Both the position numbers and the translations under genes were made by a program. Below, piece by piece: positions 31,210 through 41,266 of a stretch of 64,000 nt of DNA. The DNA comes from a candidate division FCPU426 bacterium (GTDB taxonomy: Bacteria; Oederibacteriota; Muellerivitia; Muellerivitales; Muellerivitaceae). The stretch is from positions 320,001 to 384,000 of the forward strand of contig CAVYSE010000011.1 in the NCBI GenBank assembly GCA_963771075.1, written 5' to 3'. The notes under the pieces were generated by a model. It was not told where the DNA came from, did no database searches, and saw only the letters and a list, made by a program, of their open reading frames with translations. Each line of letters opens with the position of its first letter. The stretch's first letter is position 1.

Positions 31210-33183
31210 ATGGCAACAACTAAACTACAAACAGAAGAGGAGTCCTTGGTAACACGGACCCTCGACTGGAAGGGGGCGGCCATCAACGCCATGGCGCTGA
31301 TCGCTCCCGGAGCCTTTTTGTGGATTACCTACCAGGTGCAGGCCGCCGCGACGACGCCGGACGGGGCATCTTGCGCGACCGACATGTGGGCGGGAATATT
31401 GGTCGCCCTCGTGTTGGCCTTTTTGACGGCGTTTTCTTACGCCGAATTGGCGAAGATTTACCCTGAGGCGGGATTCGCCAGCTGTGTTTATTTCGCCGAG
31501 AAGGCCTTTATCGACGACCAGGGCCTGAAACGCCCCGGGCCCACTTCCATGGCTCGTGTCGCCAAGCTGATCACCGGCTGGGCCGCCCACCTGTTCTACT
31601 GGGTTTATCCGGGGGTCATGGTGGCCTTCATGGCGACCCTGGTGGGTTATGTGGCGAACGCCATCTGGGGTATCACGGTGACGGTCATGTGGCAGATGGT
31701 CATTTCCGTGGTCTTCGCCTTCGCGGTCAGCTACATCGCCTATAAGGGCGTGCAGGGTTCCACCAAGCTGAACTACTGGGGCAACATCATCCAATGGGTG
31801 ACGCTGGTGATCTTCGGGATCCTGGCGGTCACCTACCGGGTCAGCAACCCGGACCACGCGACGGCCTGGGCCTTCAGCGGCCCGGTGGATATCGTGAAAT
31901 TCCACTCCATCAAGGGAGTGTTGATCCAATCCACCATCGCCATCCTGATCCTGGTGGGGTTTGAGAGCTCGACGGCCCTTGCCGCCGAGACCAAACAGCC
32001 GGAAAAGAACATACCGAAAGCCATCATCATCGCCCTCGTGGTGCAGGGCCTGCTCGCCTACCTTTACGAGTATTTCTGCGCCAACATGATGGTGAGTGAA
32101 AAATTGGTAGGCAGCGTGGCCGTTCCGGCCGTCGCCGCCGTGGCTGCCGTGCCGGCGAGCGTTTCGTCCGCGGGCGTCACGACCGCCGCCGTGGCCGCCG
32201 TCGCCGCCGCCCCCGCGACCACCAAAGCCGTCATGGGCATGGATGCCGTAGTGGCCTCCTCGGCGCCCATCGGCGACATGATCACCCTGATCGGGAACAG
32301 TATGTTCGGGCACATCGGGTTCATCCTGATGCTCACCATGTCCGCCACGGTCGCCATCGCGGTGGTCTGCACCACCCTGGCCTGCATGAACACCGCCGTG
32401 CGCGTTACGTTCGGCATGGCCGAGGACCGGGAAGTGCCGAAGTTCCTTGGTTTCCTGCACCATAAATATGCCTCACCCCACACGGCCATCTGGGCCTTGG
32501 CCGCCATTTCCAGCGCCATCGCCATCATCGGGGTGCAGTCGGTGCGCGGGTTGACGGGAATCACCCTGGCCTCGAATTTCGGGACCTTCGTTCTTTACGG
32601 CTCGGTCTGTATCTGGACCTTCATCGCTTTCAAGAAACGCAAGGATTTCAGCTTCTTCAAACACGCCTTGATCCCCTTCTTGGGGCTCGTCATGAACGTG
32701 GTAATGTGCTGGGGGGTCATTTACCTCTATACCATCGGCAATGATGACGCCAAGGCGGAGGCCAACATCTTCTTCTACATCGCGGGAGGGTTCGCAATCC
32801 TCTACTTCCTGTACGTGATGGGCACCTCGGTGCTGAAGAGCCACAGCATGAAAATGATCTCCGCCATGATCCGGCCGGACGCCTTGGACGGCCTGGTGGA
32901 GGCCCTGAGCAAGGAAGGGCTGGTGCAGGGCATGACGGTGACCGACATCAAGGGTTTCGGCCGCCAGAGGGGTTCCAAGACCGGGGACACCCCCAATAAG
33001 ATCAAGTTCCTGCCCAAGACCCGCGTGGACGTCGTGGTGAACGACTGGGATGTCCCGCACGTGATGGAAGTGATGCAGGAGGAACTCAACACCGGAGCGG
33101 TTGGGGACGGCAAGATCTTCGTCCTTGACGCGACCGAGGCGGTCCGGGTCCGTACAGGGGAATCCGGAGTCAGCGCCGTCTAA
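31210..33183 (+). CDS. APC-family amino acid permease fused to a C-terminal P-II domain
   Basis: AGGAGG RBS; APC motifs (SYAELAKIYPEAG, LVGFESSTALAAETKQPEKNIPKA, GMAEDREVPKFLG); from 32848 MKMISAMIRP...GFGRQRG...FLPK...GDGKIFV...RVRTGE, in frame with no stop. Confidence 0.92.
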   Translation: MATTKLQTEEESLVTRTLDWKGAAINAMALIAPGAFLWITYQVQAAATTPDGASCATDMWAGILVALVLAFLTAFSYAELAKIYPEAGFASCVYFAEKAFIDDQGLKRPGPTSMARVAKLITGWAAHLFYWVYPGVMVAFMATLVGYVANAIWGITVTVMWQMVISVVFAFAVSYIAYKGVQGSTKLNYWGNIIQWVTLVIFGILAVTYRVSNPDHATAWAFSGPVDIVKFHSIKGVLIQSTIAILILVGFESSTALAAETKQPEKNIPKAIIIALVVQGLLAYLYEYFCANMMVSEKLVGSVAVPAVAAVAAVPASVSSAGVTTAAVAAVAAAPATTKAVMGMDAVVASSAPIGDMITLIGNSMFGHIGFILMLTMSATVAIAVVCTTLACMNTAVRVTFGMAEDREVPKFLGFLHHKYASPHTAIWALAAISSAIAIIGVQSVRGLTGITLASNFGTFVLYGSVCIWTFIAFKKRKDFSFFKHALIPFLGLVMNVVMCWGVIYLYTIGNDDAKAEANIFFYIAGGFAILYFLYVMGTSVLKSHSMKMISAMIRPDALDGLVEALSKEGLVQGMTVTDIKGFGRQRGSKTGDTPNKIKFLPKTRVDVVVNDWDVPHVMEVMQEELNTGAVGDGKIFVLDATEAVRVRTGESGVSAV

Positions 33184-33211
33184 GTTATCCAACAAGAGCT
33201 GTTGCCAGCAG

Positions 33212-33248
33212 GAAGGGTCGACCCGAAAGGGCCGGCCCTTTTTGTTTT
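33212..33248. terminator. Intrinsic terminator between convergent genes
   Basis: AAGGGTCGACCC-GAAA-GGGCCGGCCCTT followed by a T-rich tail. Confidence 0.75.
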
Positions 33249-33263
33249 AAGGTGGATTTAAAA

Positions 33264-35240
33264 CTAAAGCACCCTCACCGGCACGATGACCATGTTGAAA
33301 CCCTTGAAGAGCAGGCGGCGCTGGATTTCAATGGAGGTTTGGTTGTGCAGGAGGCCCGAGAAGATGCTTTCCTTGGCGAAAATGAGCTTGCCGGAGAAGA
33401 AAGTGCAGTCGGGGAACTCACCGGATACCAGTTCGCAAAGCTTCTCCATCCCCTCGATCACGTCGATATCCTCCACATGGCGGAAGTCCGCCCGATAACC
33501 CATTTTGTGGGCCAAGGCCACGTATTTCCTCAGGTTATCCTCGGTGAAGTTCTTCAGGTTTTGAAGCTCCTCCACGCCCTTGAACTTGCTGGTGTCGATC
33601 CGGCCGATGGAAACGAACATGAAATCCTGGAACCGGTTGGCGAAGAGCTTTTGGATCGAGAAGATGGCGTGGATCCCCAGGCCGTTGTAGCGCTCGACCA
33701 TGACCACCGCCACGGGTTTTTTCTTGTCGCAGGGCCCCAGGGGCGGTTCGCTGGCGTCACGATCCGGCAGGGGTAGGTTGGTCAAGGCGTCATCCAGCCG
33801 TTTCAACCCCAATTGAACGCCCTTGTAATGGGCTTTCACCCGGAAACAAATCCATATCAAGGCCCCGGTCAACATGATCGTCACGAAGCCCCCTTCCAAA
33901 AACTTGGCCATGATGGTGGCAACCAGGATGATGGTCGTCAGGGCCAGCCCCAGGCCGTTGATGAACAACCGGCTTTTCCAATCCTTTTGCTCTTTACGGG
34001 CTTTCCACCAATGCACGCACATGGAAAGCTGGGAGAGGCTGAAGGTGATGTAAACGTTGATGGCGTAAAGCACGATCAAGGTATCCACCGAACCCTTGGC
34101 CAGGATGAGGATCACCAGGGTGGAAAGGCCCATGACCAAAATGCCATTCATGCGCACCAGCCGGTGGGACAAGTTGGCGAAGCGGTGGGGAAGCCAGGAA
34201 TCCACCGCCATGTTGGAAAGCACGTTGGGCCCGTCGATGAAGCCGGTTTGGGCCGCGATGAACAGTAGCATGCCCTCCGAAAGCAGGGTCAGGGTGATTA
34301 GCCACTGGCCGACAGGTAGCCGGAAAAGGGTCCAGGGTCCGAAGATCTGCTTGGAAAGGGTACCGTTCATGGTTTCGTCCTTCACGGCCGGGGTGTCCCA
34401 CAACATGTAAAGTACCAGGATGCCGCCGGCCGTTAGGGCAAGGGAGGTCGCCATATAAAGCATGGTGCGTTTTCCCGTCCGCACCCGGGGTTCCCGCAGG
34501 TTTTGGAGGCCGTTGGAGACCGCCTCGATGCCCGTATAGGTTCCCCCACCCAGGCTGTAGGCCGTGAAAAAGATGACCAGGAAACCCCATGCGCCCAGTG
34601 GGCCGCCGACAATCTGGTGGGTTTCCAGGAAGGTGCTGCGCACCACTGGCATAATTTGGGAGCCGTGGCCGATCAACCCAGCCACGATCAAGACGATATG
34701 GGTGATCACGAAAAGAATGAAGATGGGAAGCAGGGTGGTCACCGATTCCTTGATGCCCCGCATATTGAGCCAGATAAGGAGAAGGACCAGTAGGACTTCG
34801 ACCGCCAGCTTGTGGGCCACAAAAGCCCCTGGCATGAAATCCCCTATGGCATCGACCCCAGCGGCGATCGAGATATTGATGGTAAGGATGTAATCGACAA
34901 TGAGGGCGGAACCGGATATCAGCCCCGCGACGGGGTGCAGGAGCTTGCTGGCCACCACGTAGCCGCCGCCCCCGGAGGGAAAGTGCTCGATAATCTGGCT
35001 GTAGCTGGCGGAAATGATGAAGACGGTGGCGGCCACCGCCAGGGCAAGGTAAAGGGCGATATGGTGGTATTGGCCGCCCAGGGCCTTGTAGGTTTCCTCC
35101 GGGCCATAAGCCGAGGAGGAAAGGCCGTCCGCTCCCAGACCCACCCAAGCCAGAAACGCGATCAGGCTTAGCTTGTGAAAAACGTTCGAGTCGAGGGGAT
35201 CCTTGGGTTTTCCAAAAACGAGATCGGAAACTCTTTCCAT
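33264..35240 (-). CDS. KimA/YdaO-like APC/KUP K+ transporter
   Basis: GADGLSSSAYGPEE, FPSGGGGYVVA, DYILT, TGIEAVSNG, LYAINVYITFSLSQ; soluble C-terminal domain; c-di-AMP riboswitch upstream. Confidence 0.88.
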   Translation of the reverse strand: MERVSDLVFGKPKDPLDSNVFHKLSLIAFLAWVGLGADGLSSSAYGPEETYKALGGQYHHIALYLALAVAATVFIISASYSQIIEHFPSGGGGYVVASKLLHPVAGLISGSALIVDYILTINISIAAGVDAIGDFMPGAFVAHKLAVEVLLVLLLIWLNMRGIKESVTTLLPIFILFVITHIVLIVAGLIGHGSQIMPVVRSTFLETHQIVGGPLGAWGFLVIFFTAYSLGGGTYTGIEAVSNGLQNLREPRVRTGKRTMLYMATSLALTAGGILVLYMLWDTPAVKDETMNGTLSKQIFGPWTLFRLPVGQWLITLTLLSEGMLLFIAAQTGFIDGPNVLSNMAVDSWLPHRFANLSHRLVRMNGILVMGLSTLVILILAKGSVDTLIVLYAINVYITFSLSQLSMCVHWWKARKEQKDWKSRLFINGLGLALTTIILVATIMAKFLEGGFVTIMLTGALIWICFRVKAHYKGVQLGLKRLDDALTNLPLPDRDASEPPLGPCDKKKPVAVVMVERYNGLGIHAIFSIQKLFANRFQDFMFVSIGRIDTSKFKGVEELQNLKNFTEDNLRKYVALAHKMGYRADFRHVEDIDVIEGMEKLCELVSGEFPDCTFFSGKLIFAKESIFSGLLHNQTSIEIQRRLLFKGFNMVIVPVRVL

Positions 35241-35304
35241 GGGCACGGCCTCCGGCGTCCCCGGGAGGGGACTGAATTTGGGCCGTCTTCTGGACGAGCC
35301 CTTC

Positions 35305-35460
35305 GTTGCCTGCGGGGTTAGCTGTCGGGCTCGGCGCGAAAGGCTCGCCGCCCAGTTTCCATTAGTTAATAAAAAGGAGACTGGATTAGCCCCAAACGTA
35401 TTGGGTCCCCCGTTCGCCCACTGGCGTACCGCAAGGTTCGGCCAGCGGGCGACTCGGCTA
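35305..35460 (-). ncRNA. c-di-AMP riboswitch (ydaO/yuaA leader)
   Basis: Minus strand GCCGAGTC...ACGGGGGACCCA...TGGGGCTAATCC...CCGAGCCCGACAGCTAACCCCGCAGGC matches the family consensus; upstream of a KimA-like gene. Confidence 0.92.
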
Positions 35461-35757
35461 TTAACGGAGAATTTTTATCTTTTTTTAATGTGGGTTCAAT
35501 GAAAGTGAGAGGAAAAGGGCAAATCTTAATAAATTCTTAATTATTAGATTTTAGGATTTAGCGTTTATTTTCAAGGTGATTCGACCCAGTAGCTTTAAAA
35601 TCATCCCGGACATGGGGAAATGCGTGCCAAGGTCCGAATCCAATCGGGTGTATCCATCCGACCCAATCCCATTCATCTCCCTTGTTTTTTAGGGGAAAGA
35701 CCCCTGGTGGAAAAGGGGCGGAGGGTTTATTGAAATGAAAGAAAGGGTTCCCTGGAA

Positions 35758-37032
35758 ATGACCGTCTTTGACATTGCGGCGGTATTAATCACCCTGGCGG
35801 CGGTTTTTGGCTACTTGAATTACCGGTTCCTTCGGCTTCCCGCCACCACCGGCATCCTGAGTATCGCGCTCCTCAGCTCCCTTTTCATGGTGGCGGCGGA
35901 TTTGCTTATCCCCGGTTGGCACCTGGGAGCGGTGCTGAACCGTTTTCTCGTGGATATCGACTTCAACCAGGCTTTGATGCACGGTATGCTTTGTTTCCTT
36001 CTGTTCGCCGGGGCGCTGCGTGTGAAACTCAAGGACCTGAAATCCAACCGGTGGACCGTCATCGTGCTGGCCACCCTAGGGGTCCTCCTTTCCACGGCGG
36101 TGGTGGGGGGGCTGGCTTTTGGGTTCCTCAAGGCCTCGGGGATGGGGATTCCCTTGCCGGTTTGCCTGGTTTTCGGGGCGCTCATTTCCCCCACCGACCC
36201 CATCGCGGTCCTGGGACTCCTGAAGGAACTCCGCGCGCCCAAGGACTTGGAAGCCACCATCGCGGGAGAATCCCTTTTCAACGACGGCGTGGGCGTCGTG
36301 GTTTTCCTCGCCTTGACGTCACTGGCGGGAATCGGCGGGGGAGGGGAAAGCTCCCCGGCTTTCTTCGGGGTTCTCCAGGCGGTTTGGGTGTTCCTGCGGG
36401 AAGTGGCTGGCGGCGCCCTTTTAGGTTGGAGCCTGGGTTACCTGGCTTTCCGGATGCTCAAAAGCATCAACTACCACCAGCTGGAGCTTTTGATCACCCT
36501 GGCCCTGGTCATGTTCACCTACTCCGTTTCCTTCCTCCTGGGGGTTTCCGGGCCCATTGCGGTCGTGGTGGGGGGGCTTTTGATCGGCAACGCGGGAAAA
36601 CGGTTCGCCATGAGCCGAAAAACGGCCGAGCACGTGGACGCCTTCTGGGGAATGGTGGACGATATCCTGAACGCAGTTCTTTTCCTGTTAATCGGGTTGA
36701 TGGTCTTCGAGACCGTCATATCCCCCCGGATCCTGCTGGTATCCCTGTGGGTGATCCCGATCACCCTTTTTTCACGGTTCCTGTCGGTTCTCCTGCCGAT
36801 CAGTGTGCTCCACTGGAACAAAAGCCGGAAGGGCATCGTGCCCATCCTCACCTGGGGAGGTTTGAGGGGAGGCTTATCGATATCCATGGCCCTTTCCTTG
36901 CCGGCCCTCCCCGAGAAGGACCTGATCCTGTCGGCGACCTATGGAGTCGTCCTCTTTTCCGTCCTAGTCCAAGGACTGACTATGCGCCCCTTGTTGCGCC
37001 ATTACGGGTGGGAAAAGCCACGAGCAAGGTGA
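35758..37032 (+). CDS. CPA1-family Na+(K+)/H+ antiporter (NhaP-like)
   Basis: FGALISPTDPIAV, IAGESLFNDGVGVV, TWGGLRGGLS, VLVQGLT. Confidence 0.93.
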   Translation: MTVFDIAAVLITLAAVFGYLNYRFLRLPATTGILSIALLSSLFMVAADLLIPGWHLGAVLNRFLVDIDFNQALMHGMLCFLLFAGALRVKLKDLKSNRWTVIVLATLGVLLSTAVVGGLAFGFLKASGMGIPLPVCLVFGALISPTDPIAVLGLLKELRAPKDLEATIAGESLFNDGVGVVVFLALTSLAGIGGGGESSPAFFGVLQAVWVFLREVAGGALLGWSLGYLAFRMLKSINYHQLELLITLALVMFTYSVSFLLGVSGPIAVVVGGLLIGNAGKRFAMSRKTAEHVDAFWGMVDDILNAVLFLLIGLMVFETVISPRILLVSLWVIPITLFSRFLSVLLPISVLHWNKSRKGIVPILTWGGLRGGLSISMALSLPALPEKDLILSATYGVVLFSVLVQGLTMRPLLRHYGWEKPRAR

Positions 37033-37092
37033 ATGAGACGGTGTGTGAACTGGCAGGGGAGGGGAAGTTGTTGAAATTTGGCAAGCGGCGCA

Positions 37093-38994
37093 TTATCCCA
37101 CGATGATCAAATCGGCGGATTCGGGCAACCGGTCCGCCAGGTTTTTGAGCATTCTTCCCCGGACCATACGCCAGAAAAAGGTTCGCTTGGAGCTGCCGAC
37201 AAATACCTGTTGGATGCCAAGGGTTTTAGCGGCCTCGGCGATGGAAAAACCCGCGTCCTCGGCCATGCGCCAGATGGGAATACCGTTCATGCCGTGTTTT
37301 CGCAACTCCGCGCAGGAATCCACCAGCACCTTAACCGCTTCGGCCGTGGGTTTGATCTCCTGGGGCAAGAAAAGCCCCGGTATTTCATCGACAAAGACCA
37401 CATAGATATTTTTTTTGCCCAATCCTTTGGCGTAGATGACGGCGTCTTCCAGGAGTTTGGTGTTGACCTGGCGGAGGGCCACCAGGATCGGGGAAGTCTC
37501 GATGGCACTGGCTTCCTGTGCCTCCTCCAGGGTGAGAATATTGGAGGCTTCGGGCAGGTCGGCGACGTTGGATTCCGCTTTGGCGAAGACTTCCACGGCC
37601 TTGCGGGAAGCCCCGACGCGGTGCCAGACCCCGGAAGCCACCAGGATCGCGGCGATGGTGCCGCCGAAAAGGAGAGCGTCGGGCTTGTGGAACATGTTGA
37701 TCACCCAGGCGGCCAGCAGGGCGAATGTGGTGAAAAGACCGGACCAGAACTTGAAACCCCGGATGCCGTCACGCCAGCGAAGTTTATCGATGGCAATCGA
37801 TGACAGGGAAAGGGTGCCCAGGAGACCGAAGTTGTAAAGGTCGCCGAGCGCGTCCACGTTCGCGTGCGTCACCAGGATAATAATCATCGGGATCGCCGCG
37901 GAGCAGAGTATGGAAAGATAGGGCGTTCCCAGCACGGGATGCCGCTTGCGCAAGAAGGAGGGAAGGAACCCCAGGTCGGAGAGGCGCACGTTCACGTGGT
38001 AGTTGCCCACGATGGCGGTGTTGCAGGCCATGAATAAAAGGGCGGAGGCGGCAACCACCACAAGGGCGGCGAGGAGGGGGCCTCCCACGGCCATTCCCAG
38101 GGCGGACAGCAGGGAATCGGACTGGGTCTGCTTCACTGATTCGGGAAGGATGTACATCACCAGTCCGGTAATGGGGGAGGACACCAGGGCCACGATTCCG
38201 ATGACCCACCACATGGCCTTGCTGGCGGTAGCCTTCACCGGAGTTTTCATGGCGCCTGAAATTTGCGCGACCGATTCCAGGCCCGAATAGGCCAGCCATG
38301 TGGTTGCGTATCCGATGGCCAGGTTGCCCAACGTCAGTTGGACCCCGGGATGAACGATGCTGTGGAAAAACCCTCCCCAGCTGAGGTCGGGTTTGACGCA
38401 GATAAAAAAGACCGCGAAGCCCATCAGCAGGAACGTGACGATGATTTCCACGGTGGCGAAGGAGGATGTCACCGAGGCTGATTCCTTGACGCCGATCAGG
38501 TTTATCAGGAGAAGAACCAAAAAGAGCACCAGGGCGGCCACCAAAACCAGGTTGGCCTTGTCCGACAAAAGATGGTCCAGAAAACCGAACCCTGCCACGC
38601 TGGGAACGGAAGAAGTTTTTTTGTCATCCATGAGACTGGCGAGATAATAGAGACCGGAGACACCTGAAATGGCGGAGGTTAGGAAATAATCGACGGTGAT
38701 AAAGGCGCCGCCGACCAGGGGTAGGAATTCGATGGCGGAGAAAGCTTCGCGGGTAATGGAAACCACGCCTCCCCCATCCGGGCACCGCTCGCAGATCTCA
38801 ACGTATTTCAGGGCGATGGAAATGAAAACGCCGGTGGTAATGAACTGGGCCAGGGTGGCTAGGTTGCCAATGGAGCCATAGAGGATGCCGGGAGTGTAGA
38901 AGACCGAAGTGCCGATATCGGCGTAAACCACGGCGAAGACCAGGGCCCAGCCTAATTGGTGAACTTTGATGGAAGGTTTGGCGTTATCGGACAT
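37093..38994 (-). CDS. APC-family permease (YdaO/KimA-like) with C-terminal USP-like domain
   Basis: YADIGTSVFY, PDGGGVV, DYFLTSAIS, YSGLESVAQ, LGDLYNFG; C-terminal IAEAAKTLGIQQVFVGSSKR...LADRLP (USP-like). Confidence 0.85.
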   Translation of the reverse strand: MSDNAKPSIKVHQLGWALVFAVVYADIGTSVFYTPGILYGSIGNLATLAQFITTGVFISIALKYVEICERCPDGGGVVSITREAFSAIEFLPLVGGAFITVDYFLTSAISGVSGLYYLASLMDDKKTSSVPSVAGFGFLDHLLSDKANLVLVAALVLFLVLLLINLIGVKESASVTSSFATVEIIVTFLLMGFAVFFICVKPDLSWGGFFHSIVHPGVQLTLGNLAIGYATTWLAYSGLESVAQISGAMKTPVKATASKAMWWVIGIVALVSSPITGLVMYILPESVKQTQSDSLLSALGMAVGGPLLAALVVVAASALLFMACNTAIVGNYHVNVRLSDLGFLPSFLRKRHPVLGTPYLSILCSAAIPMIIILVTHANVDALGDLYNFGLLGTLSLSSIAIDKLRWRDGIRGFKFWSGLFTTFALLAAWVINMFHKPDALLFGGTIAAILVASGVWHRVGASRKAVEVFAKAESNVADLPEASNILTLEEAQEASAIETSPILVALRQVNTKLLEDAVIYAKGLGKKNIYVVFVDEIPGLFLPQEIKPTAEAVKVLVDSCAELRKHGMNGIPIWRMAEDAGFSIAEAAKTLGIQQVFVGSSKRTFFWRMVRGRMLKNLADRLPESADLIIVG

Positions 38995-39075
38995 ATCGGG
39001 TACGGCCTCCTAAGCGGATGCCTTCCAAAGGCACCCTCTTTGTTTTGGGCCGTCGGTTATGGAGACGTGCCCTTC

Positions 39076-39222
39076 GTTTGCCTGCGAGGTTAGCTGTCGG
39101 GCTCGGCGCGAAAGGCTCGCCGGCATGATCCCTGGTGGTATCAAGTCTTAGCCCCGAAAATTCTGGGTCCCCCGTCCGTCCGGGAGCATGCACGAAGCAT
39201 GTTTGTGGGACGGTTCGGCTTT
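39076..39222 (-). ncRNA. c-di-AMP riboswitch (ydaO/yuaA leader), copy 2
   Basis: Minus strand GCCGAACC...ACGGGGGACCCA...CGGGGCTAA...CCGAGCCCGACAGCTAACCTCGCAGGC. Confidence 0.92.
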
Positions 39223-39388
39223 GAAACATCGTTTTCTTAAGTGAGTAGTTTTGAAATATGTAAAGGAAACGGTGAATGTGAAATATTAATGAAATTTTAA
39301 CTATTTACAATACCCCCTGAAAAGGGGCCATTTTTCGCCGAATCTGCGACAATAGCGGAGATTTAGGACAATGACCAAGGAGCCATTC

Positions 39389-40153
39389 ATGGCGGAAAAT
39401 CGAGTTCATTTGGTGGTGGCCACACCCTGTTATGGCGGTTTGGTGACCAGTCTTTATGCAACCTCCCTCATGCGCCTTCAAAACGCCTGCCTGCAGAGGG
39501 GCGGGATCGACCTGACCGTTCTCATGACCTCGGGGGACGCCCTCATCACCCGTGCACGGCAAAGCTTGGCCGCCCAGTTCCTTCATCATGATTCAGCTAC
39601 CCATCTGATCTTCATCGACGCTGATATTTCCTTCGACCCCGGCCAGGTCTTCCGGCTTTTGGATTTCGACAAGGATATCGTGGCGGGAGTTTATCCCACC
39701 AAAAAGATCGATTGGGAAAAAGCCGCGAATGTGGCCAAGGTGGGCGGGGGGAACCTGGAATCTTCCTCCCTGGGGTACGTGATGGGACTGGAAGACCCGG
39801 CCAAAACGGAGGTCAAGAATGGGTTCGCCAAGGCGTTTTATGCCGGAACGGGGTTCATGTTGATCAAACGACAGGTGATCTTATCCATGATCGAACGCTA
39901 CCCCGAATTGAAGTATACGAGGGAAGACCAGGCCGAAGACGCCTTGCGGGGAAGCCCCTACCGTTGCGCCCTTTTCAATTGCCTGGTGGACAAGGAAACG
40001 GGAACCTACCTGAGCGAGGATTATAGTTTCTGCCGCCGCTGGCGGGATATGGGAGGCGAGATTTGGATCGACCTGCAAAGCAAGCTCACCCACACGGGTT
40101 CCATCAACTTCAAGGGTGATGTGACGACCCAGTTCAAGAATTACAATTCATAA
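39389..40153 (+). CDS. GT-A-fold glycosyltransferase-like protein
   Basis: VATPCYGG, LITRAR, THLIFIDADI (DxD), AGTGFMLIKR, YLSEDYSFCRRW; AGGAG RBS before ATG 39389. Confidence 0.8.
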   Translation: MAENRVHLVVATPCYGGLVTSLYATSLMRLQNACLQRGGIDLTVLMTSGDALITRARQSLAAQFLHHDSATHLIFIDADISFDPGQVFRLLDFDKDIVAGVYPTKKIDWEKAANVAKVGGGNLESSSLGYVMGLEDPAKTEVKNGFAKAFYAGTGFMLIKRQVILSMIERYPELKYTREDQAEDALRGSPYRCALFNCLVDKETGTYLSEDYSFCRRWRDMGGEIWIDLQSKLTHTGSINFKGDVTTQFKNYNS

Positions 40154-40244
40154 CATTCTGTAGCACCGTAGCCTAGGAACACAGTAAAAGCGATTAAGAA
40201 ATTGAAATAGTCTTGTCATTAACTTAAAAATTAATTTTTCTCTT

Positions 40245-40276
40245 TGTCTCCGTGTCTCCGTGTCTCCGTGTCTCTG
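40245..40276. repeat. 8-bp tandem repeat (TGTCTCCG)x3 + TGTCTCTG
   Basis: Seen directly; related units at 54613-54630 (inverted) and near 61330. Confidence 0.8.
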
Positions 40277-40312
40277 AGGCAAATGTATTTGTTTTTGGTC
40301 TTTTTTATTCCC

Positions 40313-40341
40313 GAAACTTTAGGGACGGCACTGCCGTCTAA
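40313..40341 (+). promoter_or_regulatory. RpoE-like ECF promoter
   Basis: GAAACTT-N16-GTCTAA upstream of 40378. Confidence 0.5.
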
Positions 40342-40377
40342 TGTAATGAAGATCAAAAACGATCGGGAGCGGGTGAG

Positions 40378-41019
40378 ATGAAAAAGAAAATTCCGGTATT
40401 AACCATGGCTTTGGCCCTTTTGGGCGTGGTTTGGCAAGCGGCCCAGGCCCAAGTATCCGTCGGCGTGGGTGTGAATGTGGGCGGCGGGGGTGACAGTTTC
40501 CACCTGGCCATTGGCGATTATTATCACGCCCCCCCGGCCCAGGTGACGATCTGCACCCAACGGCATATTCCCGACGAGGAAATGCCGGTGGTCTTTTTCA
40601 TCGCGGGGCGGGCCCATGTGGCCCCCGGTGTCATCGTGGACCTTCGCGCCAGCGGGTTGCCATGGGTGGAAATCCTCCACCGTTACCGACTGAGCCCGAG
40701 GATTTTCTGGGTGCCCATCCATGGTTCGGTCATTGGAACACCCTACGAGCGCTTCTACCTTTATTACGGCGGGCGAGGCCCCCGGGTCCGGCTGGTGGAC
40801 GCGGATATCGTGAACATGGTGAACCTAAAGTTCGCCTGCGACTATTACCACCGCACCCCGGAGGAAGTGATCCGTATGAGGGCCGGGGGCCGCAGTTTCG
40901 CCTATATTCACGACCAATACCGCCATCCCCACTCGGTGCAACAAACTAGCCGCCCGGAAGATCGGCCCATCCACCATTTTGGGGACCATCGGGACGACCT
41001 GAGGGACAGAGGTAACTGA
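40378..41019 (+). CDS. Secreted hypothetical protein
   Basis: Signal peptide (AQA|QV); globular domain with His/Arg-rich tail. Confidence 0.75.
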   Translation: MKKKIPVLTMALALLGVVWQAAQAQVSVGVGVNVGGGGDSFHLAIGDYYHAPPAQVTICTQRHIPDEEMPVVFFIAGRAHVAPGVIVDLRASGLPWVEILHRYRLSPRIFWVPIHGSVIGTPYERFYLYYGGRGPRVRLVDADIVNMVNLKFACDYYHRTPEEVIRMRAGGRSFAYIHDQYRHPHSVQQTSRPEDRPIHHFGDHRDDLRDRGN

Positions 41020-41063
41020 ACCGACTTATAAATCTTTTAACTGAAACAGTTTCTTGAATGGTT

Positions 41064-41100
41064 AAAAAGGGATTAACCGAATTCGGTTAGTCCTTTTTTA
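41064..41100 (+). terminator. Intrinsic terminator
   Basis: AAAAGGGATTAACCG-AATT-CGGTTAGTCCTTTTTT. Confidence 0.75.
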
Positions 41101-41266
41101 TTGAACTATGCAGGATGAGAATTAGTCCCTAATACACGAAAGAATTAACTATGATTAGGGCGTCATACTAAGGCTATTCCTGCCGCCCTTGCCGCAGGGG
41201 GGCGATTCAGTATCTTTATCCAGCGCCCATCATTTATTGATTCATCATCAATCGGGGGAACCAATC

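Noticed and set aside
35916..37106. 396-aa alternative-frame ORF over nhaP (also 33994..35148 and 31225..32463)
   Set aside because: GC-rich off-frame or antisense artefacts with no recognisable motifs, overlapping well-supported genes
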